DNA of 60,533 nt, taken from positions 1 to 60,533 of IMG/VR virus record IMGVR_UViG_3300048625_000009. One strand, given 5' to 3'. The DNA comes from a virus. Its lineage: Duplodnaviria > Caudoviricetes. Below the pieces are notes generated by a model. It saw nothing but the letters and a program-made list of their open reading frames with translations. It was not told where the DNA came from and ran no database searches. Positions 26,957 through 35,891 of this stretch are shown in pieces; within the stretch, counting starts at the first letter, position 1, and each line of letters begins with the position of its first letter. The position numbers and the translations under genes are program-made.

Positions 26957-27268
26957 TTAGTTTCCTTGTAAGACTGTTTTAACGAAAACCCAAGTTTCTG
27001 TTTTAGTGTCAAAATTTATAACTTTTTTCAACACTGGAATTTTATTTTCTATAATTTTATTTATAGTTTCTTCTGGAATATCCTCAGTATTTATAACATC
27101 GGACTTTAGTATCACCATCCCTCTATAACCATATTCTTCACAAGTTGATTTATAATGGAAATAGTCTTTTATTGTGTGTAAATTACCATAATCAGAGGGG
27201 TTTCCAAAGTCGTCATACTTTGGAAACTCATTTACTTCTATCAAAACTTCATTAATATATGGGGTCAT
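26957..27268 (-). CDS. Hypothetical protein
   Basis: ORF packed 1-2 nt from both neighbours. Confidence 0.6.
   Translation of the reverse strand: MTPYINEVLIEVNEFPKYDDFGNPSDYGNLHTIKDYFHYKSTCEEYGYRGMVILKSDVINTEDIPEETINKIIENKIPVLKKVINFDTKTETWVFVKTVLQGN
27088..27095 (-). promoter_or_regulatory. Consensus late promoter TATAAATA inside the 103-aa ORF, about 130 nt upstream of dctP
   Basis: Exact T4 late consensus; intragenic, so it could be chance in AT-rich DNA. Confidence 0.4.
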
Positions 27269-27270
27269 TT

Positions 27271-28125
27271 TTAAGATAGAGTTCTATTAAATGAAGCAAC
27301 GCCAGTGTAAGAATACCATCCAAATTTAACTCTAACCTGTTCTCCAGAATTCATACCATCTGTGCTAACGAGAACACTTCCAATACCATTAGTTAATGGG
27401 ATTCTGGTTTTGTTAACACTGCCATATATTGGATCGACGAAAACGTCTGTGATATCAGGATTATTAACTTCTACTTGTAAAGAAATTTGATCACCAGCTG
27501 CAGTAGTTGGCTCAGAAGCAGTAATAGAAATAGTCGCCATCATTTGAGTGGCAAATTTAGTACCTTCAGTGAATGGTACAACATTAGTGCTAGTTGCGGC
27601 AGGACCACCAACAGTTGTAATGACTCCGCTATCTTCTGCAGTAGAATATGTTAATAAAACTAAATCTGTGATAGAACTTGTCTTAGAAGGAACAAAAATC
27701 TTTAATGGGCAAGAAAGAGTTTGATTTTTTTCCACAAACAAGTTTGGTCTATCTTGGAAAGATGACGTGTACACATTAACAATATCTGATTGTTTTACAG
27801 TATAAGTTCCCTCTTTATTTGCAATATCTGCTAGAGTAGAGTCTTTAACTGTCCACAAACTTTGGTCTGAAAAATTACCTGCAGATTTGATAACATCAAA
27901 TGGGATAGTAATATCAATAACTGTAGTTCCACCAGTGATACAATTTAATTTATACTCAATACTATCTCCAGAGATATTAATCCAGTTTTCCATTTCTATA
28001 TTGGATAGTGAAACTGGTGTATCTGAAGGAATTTCCTCTTCAGAGATAGTTGGTTGTTCTATTTCAATATTAGCATATTGAAGAATCTGTTTAGTGGAAA
28101 CATCGAATGGTTTAATTTTTAACAT
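27271..28125 (-). CDS. Hypothetical protein, beta-rich C-terminus (possible fibre partner or chaperone)
   Basis: AGGA RBS, directly downstream of the Cys-tipped fibre; C-terminal Ig-like alternating pattern. Confidence 0.65.
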   Translation of the reverse strand: MLKIKPFDVSTKQILQYANIEIEQPTISEEEIPSDTPVSLSNIEMENWINISGDSIEYKLNCITGGTTVIDITIPFDVIKSAGNFSDQSLWTVKDSTLADIANKEGTYTVKQSDIVNVYTSSFQDRPNLFVEKNQTLSCPLKIFVPSKTSSITDLVLLTYSTAEDSGVITTVGGPAATSTNVVPFTEGTKFATQMMATISITASEPTTAAGDQISLQVEVNNPDITDVFVDPIYGSVNKTRIPLTNGIGSVLVSTDGMNSGEQVRVKFGWYSYTGVASFNRTLS

Positions 28126-28141
28126 ATGTTATGTTCCTAGA

Positions 28142-29341
28142 TTAGCAGTTGCAAGCGCAGTTGCAATTGTATGTATACTGGATACTGTAGTAGGTTCTAT
28201 ATTGATGAACACCACCGCCCGTATCAAATACTTCGCCACCTGCTGGTCCAACAATCTGGTTACACTGAATATTACCGCAATTATAACGGCGACCAGAGTC
28301 ACGAGCCGCTGCTTGTTCAGCAGTAACATAACCAGTAGCTAAGTATGGCTTGCTAGAAACGTTACCCCATGCAACTGCGTTGGCAGAACCAGCAGTAGTA
28401 GCATAAGTTGCGTTAGTTGCAGTAGCAGCGTTACCACCGATGTTTGTTACAATAACAGCACCAGTAGAACCTTGAACAGAAGTAACAGGAACAGAAACAA
28501 TAACAGCACCAGTGTTACCTTGAACAGATGTTACGTTTGCGTTAATAGTTGGGTTACCAGAAACACCGTTTCCGTTATCGACTGTGATACCAGCACCAGC
28601 AGTAATAGTACGTCCAGTAGCAGTACCAGCACCAGTAAGAGCAACCATACCAGTGGAAACGCCAGAAACAGCAGATAACTGGGCATTATACGCTTGAACA
28701 TCTGTACCGATAGCTAGACCAAGAGTAGAGCGAGCATTTGATGCAGCTGCAGAACCCATCAAACCACGCATATAAGATGTCGCAGTATAAGTACCAGCAG
28801 TACCAGAACCAGTGAAATATGGAGCAGTATCAGCAGCAGATGTTAAACTCGCTAAAGCAGCTAGTTCAGCGTCATAAGCCTGCACATCTGTACCGATGGC
28901 TAGACCAAGAGAGGTACGAGCACCAGCAGCAGTAGTAGCACCAGTACCACCAGAGCCAATGGCTAACTGAGTAGTAAGAGTGATAGAACCACTAGTAATA
29001 GCAGCAGCGCCACTAAATGTACCAGAGAATGTAGTACCAGTAATTACGTTACCCGTAAAGTTACCACTAGAGTCACGAGTAACAACAGAACTCTTATCTG
29101 TGGCAACTGGTAGACCAGAAGATGTATTTAAACCGTCGATTAAATCAGCGTCTAGACCAGATCCAGTTCCATCGACAGTAACCAACTTAGCCAGAACGTC
29201 TGCTGCAGTGTAGCTAGCTGCAGTCTGTGCTAATTGGAGTTGTGTATTTAAGTTATTAAAGTTTGCATCGACTTCGGAGTTAGTAAGAGGACTACCCTTA
29301 CCAGCACGAGTCGTAATTGTTGCAGCGCTAACTGATGACAT
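28142..29341 (-). CDS. Tail fibre protein with C-terminal Cys-rich tip (…NCGNIQC…NCNCACNC)
   Basis: [17 protein letters not shown] anchor, [35 protein letters not shown] and VTSVQGxTGAV fibre motifs; all six Cys in the last 45 aa. Confidence 0.85.
   Translation of the reverse strand: MSSVSAATITTRAGKGSPLTNSEVDANFNNLNTQLQLAQTAASYTAADVLAKLVTVDGTGSGLDADLIDGLNTSSGLPVATDKSSVVTRDSSGNFTGNVITGTTFSGTFSGAAAITSGSITLTTQLAIGSGGTGATTAAGARTSLGLAIGTDVQAYDAELAALASLTSAADTAPYFTGSGTAGTYTATSYMRGLMGSAAASNARSTLGLAIGTDVQAYNAQLSAVSGVSTGMVALTGAGTATGRTITAGAGITVDNGNGVSGNPTINANVTSVQGNTGAVIVSVPVTSVQGSTGAVIVTNIGGNAATATNATYATTAGSANAVAWGNVSSKPYLATGYVTAEQAAARDSGRRYNCGNIQCNQIVGPAGGEVFDTGGGVHQYRTYYSIQYTYNCNCACNC
28449..28534. 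repeat. Direct repeat, 2 x ~38 nt at 48-nt spacing (VTSVQGxTGAVIV)
   Basis: acaataacagcaccagt..ccttgaacaga occurs at 28449 and 28497. Confidence 0.8.
28698..28911. repeat. Direct repeat encoding [12 protein letters not shown] twice
   Basis: acatctgtaccgatRgctagaccaagag occurs at ~28698 and ~28884. Confidence 0.8.
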
Positions 29342-29358
29342 TGTGTTTTTCCTTTAGT

Positions 29359-29595
29359 TCAGTCTTTATTTAAGACTTGAAGAATTAACGATTTGATCTC
29401 TTGTAATTCGTTCTTTAGATTATTTATCTCATCTGTATGTTGAGAAATCGCGTTTTCACGATCCTCAGCATGTCTACGACGAGTCATATACTCTTCATAT
29501 TCAGTTCTATTTGTATTTATGATGGCTCCAGTAGAGGGATCTCTAACTAAGCCATCATGTCCTACGACTTTTAAAAACTTATCCATTATGGGCAA
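29359..29595 (-). CDS. Small conserved T4-like protein with C-terminal coiled coil
   Basis: KVVGHDGLVRDPSTGAIINT motif; typically follows the giant DUF4815-type gene. Confidence 0.75.
   Translation of the reverse strand: MPIMDKFLKVVGHDGLVRDPSTGAIINTNRTEYEEYMTRRRHAEDRENAISQHTDEINNLKNELQEIKSLILQVLNKD
29367..29372 (-). promoter_or_regulatory. Late promoter core TAAATA upstream of the Cys-tipped fibre
   Basis: tattta about 26 nt before ATG 29341, with AAGGA RBS. Confidence 0.5.
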
Positions 29596-32500
29596 GCGAT
29601 AACTCTAAAGTCTTTAATCACAGGGACTGCAGAGCTATTTGTAGAATACATAACAATCTTAACAACCATTCCATCGAAAGGTGTTAGTCCAGTTAGCGTA
29701 TAGTCAATATCGGAGAATGTTGGGTTTCCATTTTCTACCTTATTAATGGTAGAGTCAGGAACGATCTGAGTATATTTAGTTGTCGCTAACTGCTTAGTAT
29801 CACCAACGCTAGTCTTATAGTAAACTTCGATACTTGCTTCATTCGGGATATTTGCAGATAAGCGAATACGCAGGTATGAAGACGAGTTAGCAAACTTAAT
29901 AGGTGTAGTTACATAGCTGGATAGATGAGAACCACCCTCTGGAGAGATATCATCAAAGAACAATTCACGAATAGAAACTGTAGTTCCAGTAGCAGCAGAT
30001 TCAGCAGAACCAGAGAATCCTGATAGAGTGATAGTCGCTGTAGTACCATCATCTGTAAAACCAGTAACTAGGTAAGTTCCATTATTAGCAGAAGTAGTAG
30101 CAGACGCGATAGTGATATAACGACCAATACCCAGACCAGACATTAAGTTACGAACTGTAGCGTTTGTAGAAGTGAATCCAGTAGCAGTGAATGTATAAGC
30201 GCCAGTAGCACCAGTAAACATAGCCTTAACGTCTAGGGCAGCTACGTTAGTATTTGCTTCTGTTGGTTGGTTAATCTTATTAGAAATAGCAACCAAGCTA
30301 GTACGAGCAGTATCAATAACTGGAGAAACCGCATCATTAACAGTTGAAATCAGAGCAGAGAATGTTACTGACTTAGATCCAGATAGAGCAGAGTTGTTTT
30401 CGTTAATTTCAGAAGCGATAACACGAGTGCTATCAAAGTAGTTATCCTGCTTAACCAAACATGGAGTAAATGCAGTATCTGCAACGTAAGGAGTTTGAGT
30501 TCCATCGATAGACTTACCAGAAGTAGTCTTGATAGAGAAACTTGTCTTAGTATCAGAGAAAGTCTGCATCTGAACAGTTGGGTTAATCACATCGAATGTG
30601 ACGTTACGTGTAGCCATTACTGCAGAACCACCGCCATAACCGTTACCAGTTGCAGATGTAGTAGTTGTAATAGTGTAGCAATCAGCATCTACGTTAGAGA
30701 TAACATGATCTCCATTGAGTTCAGAAGCTGGGATACCATTGATAGCGGCAGCAACACCTTTAATTGTTACACGAGATCCAGAGAACATGCAGTGGTCATA
30801 GTGCCAAACGCGAACTGTATTAGTTCCAGAAACCATTTGGAATGGATCTGTATCTAGAGTATCATACTGTAGAACGTCGTTGACAAATTCAATATCACCA
30901 ACAACACTAGTATCAAACTTTGCGCGGTAGATAGTAAACTTAATGTCTTGGTTCTGATCTGCAGTCCATGTAGAAGCATTCTGAGACTTGAACATAACAC
31001 CAGCATAAGGCTGCTCAGAGATAGTTCTTCCAGAAGTTCCTGGGATAGTATCACCTACGTTAGAGATCCAAACTTTGTAGTTGTTAGAGTCTGACTGCAG
31101 AACAAAACAATATTCAGAATTGTCCTGTACATAAACAGGAGTCTGGAAATTAAATCTTGTTGGTGTATCATATGTTGGATACGCAGCACCATCAGGTAGT
31201 GTAACCTGATTAGAAGATAAGCTAACAGAAGTTGGGTTCAATGTAACACGGCTGAACGGAAGAACGTTCTGCCCTGGACTACCGTTAATCATATCACGGA
31301 TTTCTAGTGTAACAGGAATACGATCATCTTTTGTAGCAAAGAAAATATCAACGCCAGTTAAGAACGCTCCACCTTTTTGCTGAACCAAGAATGATTGAGC
31401 TAGTGGATCATACCATCCAGTGTCAGAAATAACTCTGTTACCTGCGTCGCGGTAGATAGTTTGACGAGCAGATGGATCATCATTTGGACCGATGATTTCT
31501 TTAGAAAGTTCAGCGTTACGTACAGCGTTAATAGTTGCTTGCTTAGTCTCTAAAATACCTTCAGCGCGATATAAACCACGACCACGAGAAGTCCATTGAC
31601 CAGTAGATGTAGAAGCATCAATCAGTTTTAGTTCACGTGAACCTGTACGGAAACGAATAGAATCTGTATTAGGGATGTTGAACAAGAAATTCAACTCACC
31701 GTTTTTATTTGTGATAAGAGTGGTTGGAGTTGTTACAGAAACAACAGTACCAGTAGCACCAGAAACAGATCCAGAGAATGTTTGGTTATTGACAAATGTT
31801 CCAAGAACATTTGCTAGTTCTAAAGTTAGAGCGCCTGTGTCTGGATCAGTATACTTACCGATAACAACGCCAGAAGCTGTGTTTAGTGCATTAGAAATAA
31901 CATCACCACGGTTTAGACAGACTTCAGAATCGCCATTGATACGACGTTTAGTTTCAGAACCAGAACCACCAACGTTAGTAGAGATATCGAATGTACCAGC
32001 AGTAGCTGTGTATACTAGCTTGACTGATGGAACAATATATGAATTAACATCGATGTCATCAAAGTATGCATAGAATCTTGTAGATGGCTTTAGACCTTTA
32101 GTCTGAACTAATACATTACGTGAACGGATATAAGGGATAATAGCTGTAGATACAGTACGATCTGCCACTTGTTCATAATCTGTTTTTACAGAGATATTAG
32201 TTTTTACACCAGAACGAGATTGACCAACTGCAGTGGCTAGAGTTTCTATCTGGATAACACGATGTGCCCAACCATTAGCTGCTGGTCCAGTACCAAACTG
32301 AGCATCAACCGTGCTAGGAGCCATAGTAGTGCCATTACCACCGCGCTTATCGCTAACGATAGTTTTAGTTCCTGTAGAAACTGGCTGTCCGATCCACTCA
32401 TCTTGCCAAGCACCCCAAACAGTACCAAGAATACCAGCCTTTGCTGCTAGGTCTTTAATAGTGTTATAGTTACCTTCCACTTGCTGAACAATGTCAGGCA

Positions 32501-35500
32501 TACGTGTAGTTTCAAACCAATCGTCAGAAGGTGGATTGATTGCAACGTTACCCAAGAAAGTATAGATCGCGAATGGGTTAATGTTCTCTAAACGAGACGC
32601 ATAGTCTTGTTTAATCAATACTGGAGTATCAATAATTGGAAGAGTGATAATATCACCGCTCAACTGATAGTTAGATGCAGCGCGTTGCCCATTGTTGGAG
32701 TTTTTCTCTAACAAGTTTACGTTGTATGTAGTATAGAATGGACGTAACTGGTTCTGCGCCATATCAATAGAGCAGAAATAGTCCTTAGACTTTGTATTAC
32801 CGATGTTATTACCACTAAAGTTATCAACAACGAAACCATTCTTCATACGATCAAGACCAGTAGAGTCTGTAATCTTCATAGACTGAGTTTCTTGTTCTAG
32901 TAAAGATAGAGATGTGTAGTACTCTAAGTTGTTGATACGCGATTCTAGTTTTCCAATATCACGCATTGTATAACGCTTGTTTTCAATCTTCTTAATGGCA
33001 ATGTGATCAGAAGAAGTGCCAAATGTGTATGGCTCAAGTGTCAAGTTATATAAAATCATTGCCAGTGCTGGATCTTGTGGATCGCCTGGATCGATAGATG
33101 GAACACCAGTAACATCAAAGAACTTACCATTGAAGTCCAATGCAATCTTGTCTTTACGAGCTAGGTAATAGCTGTAGTCAGATGTTACGTTTTCTCCACG
33201 CTTTGGAATACCAGTAACAGAAGAACCAGTAGAAACGAAATTCTTAGTAGAACCAGCAGACTTGTTCGCTACACGTGGACGGAAATCGATCGCATCACGT
33301 AGTGTAGAAGGAATCTGGTTATAGTCAATGTTGCTATAAGAGTTAACATCGAAATAATCACCAACACCATGTTCGAAGTATTCGTAAGTAACTTGTACTG
33401 GGTTAGATGGAGTAGTGAACGATGGCTTCAGATTCAAACGACCCCAATCATAGAAAGTATTACGTTGACCATTATCAAAGTCAAAACGATCTGCGATATC
33501 AAGAGTGAATAGATTAGAAGCTAATGTAGCATTAGTTGATTGGAACGCAGTACCAGCGGCAGTCTTAATGCTAGTGATACGGTAAACGTCAGCCTTATCG
33601 AGATAAACGATAGCTTGTTGCGCTAGAGCAGCAGTGTTAAACTGCTCCGTCACAGTAGTAAGAGTCTTGGTCTTTTCGTAGCCAGAACCATTACGGCTAA
33701 CAGCTGCAATAACAGTCATAGAGTGACCAGATTGACCAGAAGGTAGAGTAATAGTAGCAGTAGAGCCAGAAACTACAATAGAAACTGGTTGAATTACAGC
33801 ACCACCAGATGTAGCATCATTATCTACAACGATGTAATTTGTTACGCCAGAAGCAGAAGCAAATGTACCAGAAGTGCTTAGAGATAGTGTTACACCAGTA
33901 GCATTCTGTGTAAACTTTTGGTAACACAAGTAAGTTGTATTATTGATACCACCAGTACCTGCTCCGCGCATAGAACGAACAGCGTAGTTAGACAGTGGAT
34001 ATACTAAACTAGAATTTTGTGGCTCTAACAACTGAGTAGTTGCTAGAGAATATGCCTTGCCAGTTCCAGTGAATGCACCAGAAACAATAGCAGCAGCATT
34101 CTGAGAAGATGGAGTGCCAGTAATACGAACCATTACACCATCAATAACGATGTAATCGCCAGAAGTTAAGTCTGTTTGGAACGATGTACCAACACCAGTA
34201 AGAGCAGTTCCTGATCCAGAAACAGATCCGATTAGTGTCTTAGATACTGGGTTAATATCAGAACTGAAACTTAGGTTTGAGTCACCACCTGTACCAGCAT
34301 AGTAGAAAGATTTAACATTACGGTTAAAATCTTTACCTGAATTCATTTGAATATCAAATAAACCTAGCTTGTAAACAGCAGTAGAACCATAAGAAGCACC
34401 ACTGTGCCATTCCATAAAACGTACGCGAGCAGTACCAATTTGAGCACCGACAGCAGTACCAACACCAGAAGCAGTAACTTGATCACGTAAAGAGATTGTA
34501 TCGAATGTGTCGATTGGAGGTAAGTTATTTACGTTTGTTACAAGAACATAGTTACCAACAGTAGGTTGGATAATAGAATTAGTTGCTTGATCATAGTCGC
34601 GAGCCTTTGAGACTGCCACGTAAGTAGTAGAATCTTTTTGGATCTCATAACCACGAACATATGCTTTTCCTGGTTCTAAACCGATAGCTAGTTTAGCTTC
34701 ATCGCCATCTTTATAGATACCACGGTTATATGCTGGTGTAGAATTAAACTCCCACTTGATACCAGTAGAACCTGGACCATCATATGCAGTACCAGTAGTA
34801 TGAACTGGAGCAGTAGTAACAGATGTTCCACCTAGCTTAGCAACATAAGTGTTACCAGCATTTGATACAATGTCACCTGTTAAATATGCAGTGTTCTGTG
34901 TCCATGCACCACGATCGTTATTACGATGTTCACGGATGTCGATTGAGAATTCACGAACAGTATAGTCACCAGATTCATCATAAGTACGACGAGCTAGTTC
35001 ATCACCTAAGATTGAATACGCAGTTGAGTCGACGATTGTTTTAATCTTACCTTGATCTACACGAATCAATTCAATAAAGTCTTGATCAGAAGTAGAATCA
35101 ACTGATAACTTAGTTAATGTTAAATCAATGTAATAGCGATGAGCGCCTGGAGCAGCAAAGTTATAGCTGTTCTGTGCGTTATCGAGTAATGTTTCATCTT
35201 CTTCTGGAGTGATAATAGACTCAGCAACAGATAAACCGATACGATAAGAAGGAGTGTTTGTATACTTGTCTAGAACAATAGTTTGTTCTTCAACCAAACA
35301 GAAGTGTTTGTTAACATAGTAGACACCGCGCTTAACTGTTGCTAGTGAACCTTTACCAACTGCGTCAGAACTGGCAGCTTGGAAAGAGTATGCACCATCA
35401 GTTGTAGTGATAACTTCTCCGTTAGAGAAAGTTTGAGTAGTATTGTTAGAACCAGTAGTAGTGTATCGTACATACAGAGTAGTTGGATCTGTATTCTCAG

Positions 35501-35855
35501 CATCTTGGGCTACAACAACTTGAGCAGTAACACCAGAAGAACCTACAACTGTCATACCCGTTAAATGGGAGACAAATGTCTGAACTGCTACGCCGTTATA
35601 GATTGATTGCAGCTTAACATAATCTGCGCCTTTGTTTGGCTGTGTTACTGTTTCAATAGATGCTTGACCTGGAATTACCATTGCACCTTGTTTGAAAATC
35701 GCGTCGCCATGGCGAGAAATTTGATTCTGCAGAATGGTCTGCATCTGAGTAAGTTCACGAGCCTGAACCGCAAACGATGGACGATACAGAATACGATAGA
35801 ACTTTTTGTTCTCATCGTAATCATCATTATACGGTTCGGTATTGAAATCGATCAT
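29586..35855 (-). CDS. Giant virion structural protein (DUF4815/VrlC-like, 2089 aa)
   Basis: PYNDDYDENKKFYRILYRPSFAVQARELTQMQTILQNQI N-terminus; APGAHR, RYTMRDIGKLESRI..LEYYTSLSLLE and DPLAQSF motifs. Confidence 0.85.
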   Translation of the reverse strand: MIDFNTEPYNDDYDENKKFYRILYRPSFAVQARELTQMQTILQNQISRHGDAIFKQGAMVIPGQASIETVTQPNKGADYVKLQSIYNGVAVQTFVSHLTGMTVVGSSGVTAQVVVAQDAENTDPTTLYVRYTTTGSNNTTQTFSNGEVITTTDGAYSFQAASSDAVGKGSLATVKRGVYYVNKHFCLVEEQTIVLDKYTNTPSYRIGLSVAESIITPEEDETLLDNAQNSYNFAAPGAHRYYIDLTLTKLSVDSTSDQDFIELIRVDQGKIKTIVDSTAYSILGDELARRTYDESGDYTVREFSIDIREHRNNDRGAWTQNTAYLTGDIVSNAGNTYVAKLGGTSVTTAPVHTTGTAYDGPGSTGIKWEFNSTPAYNRGIYKDGDEAKLAIGLEPGKAYVRGYEIQKDSTTYVAVSKARDYDQATNSIIQPTVGNYVLVTNVNNLPPIDTFDTISLRDQVTASGVGTAVGAQIGTARVRFMEWHSGASYGSTAVYKLGLFDIQMNSGKDFNRNVKSFYYAGTGGDSNLSFSSDINPVSKTLIGSVSGSGTALTGVGTSFQTDLTSGDYIVIDGVMVRITGTPSSQNAAAIVSGAFTGTGKAYSLATTQLLEPQNSSLVYPLSNYAVRSMRGAGTGGINNTTYLCYQKFTQNATGVTLSLSTSGTFASASGVTNYIVVDNDATSGGAVIQPVSIVVSGSTATITLPSGQSGHSMTVIAAVSRNGSGYEKTKTLTTVTEQFNTAALAQQAIVYLDKADVYRITSIKTAAGTAFQSTNATLASNLFTLDIADRFDFDNGQRNTFYDWGRLNLKPSFTTPSNPVQVTYEYFEHGVGDYFDVNSYSNIDYNQIPSTLRDAIDFRPRVANKSAGSTKNFVSTGSSVTGIPKRGENVTSDYSYYLARKDKIALDFNGKFFDVTGVPSIDPGDPQDPALAMILYNLTLEPYTFGTSSDHIAIKKIENKRYTMRDIGKLESRINNLEYYTSLSLLEQETQSMKITDSTGLDRMKNGFVVDNFSGNNIGNTKSKDYFCSIDMAQNQLRPFYTTYNVNLLEKNSNNGQRAASNYQLSGDIITLPIIDTPVLIKQDYASRLENINPFAIYTFLGNVAINPPSDDWFETTRMPDIVQQVEGNYNTIKDLAAKAGILGTVWGAWQDEWIGQPVSTGTKTIVSDKRGGNGTTMAPSTVDAQFGTGPAANGWAHRVIQIETLATAVGQSRSGVKTNISVKTDYEQVADRTVSTAIIPYIRSRNVLVQTKGLKPSTRFYAYFDDIDVNSYIVPSVKLVYTATAGTFDISTNVGGSGSETKRRINGDSEVCLNRGDVISNALNTASGVVIGKYTDPDTGALTLELANVLGTFVNNQTFSGSVSGATGTVVSVTTPTTLITNKNGELNFLFNIPNTDSIRFRTGSRELKLIDASTSTGQWTSRGRGLYRAEGILETKQATINAVRNAELSKEIIGPNDDPSARQTIYRDAGNRVISDTGWYDPLAQSFLVQQKGGAFLTGVDIFFATKDDRIPVTLEIRDMINGSPGQNVLPFSRVTLNPTSVSLSSNQVTLPDGAAYPTYDTPTRFNFQTPVYVQDNSEYCFVLQSDSNNYKVWISNVGDTIPGTSGRTISEQPYAGVMFKSQNASTWTADQNQDIKFTIYRAKFDTSVVGDIEFVNDVLQYDTLDTDPFQMVSGTNTVRVWHYDHCMFSGSRVTIKGVAAAINGIPASELNGDHVISNVDADCYTITTTTSATGNGYGGGSAVMATRNVTFDVINPTVQMQTFSDTKTSFSIKTTSGKSIDGTQTPYVADTAFTPCLVKQDNYFDSTRVIASEINENNSALSGSKSVTFSALISTVNDAVSPVIDTARTSLVAISNKINQPTEANTNVAALDVKAMFTGATGAYTFTATGFTSTNATVRNLMSGLGIGRYITIASATTSANNGTYLVTGFTDDGTTATITLSGFSGSAESAATGTTVSIRELFFDDISPEGGSHLSSYVTTPIKFANSSSYLRIRLSANIPNEASIEVYYKTSVGDTKQLATTKYTQIVPDSTINKVENGNPTFSDIDYTLTGLTPFDGMVVKIVMYSTNSSAVPVIKDFRVIACP

Positions 35856-35884
35856 TCTTATACTCTTCTTTAAATGTTATTCTT

Positions 35885-35891
35885 TATTTAT
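35885..35891 (-). promoter_or_regulatory. Late promoter core ATAAATA upstream of the giant gene
   Basis: Intergenic tatttat adjacent to the gp8 stop. Confidence 0.55.

Noticed and set aside
28449-28911. Direct repeats as a possible CRISPR array or recombination cassette
   Set aside because: Only two copies each, in frame, encoding ordinary fibre shaft repeats; no spacer pattern.
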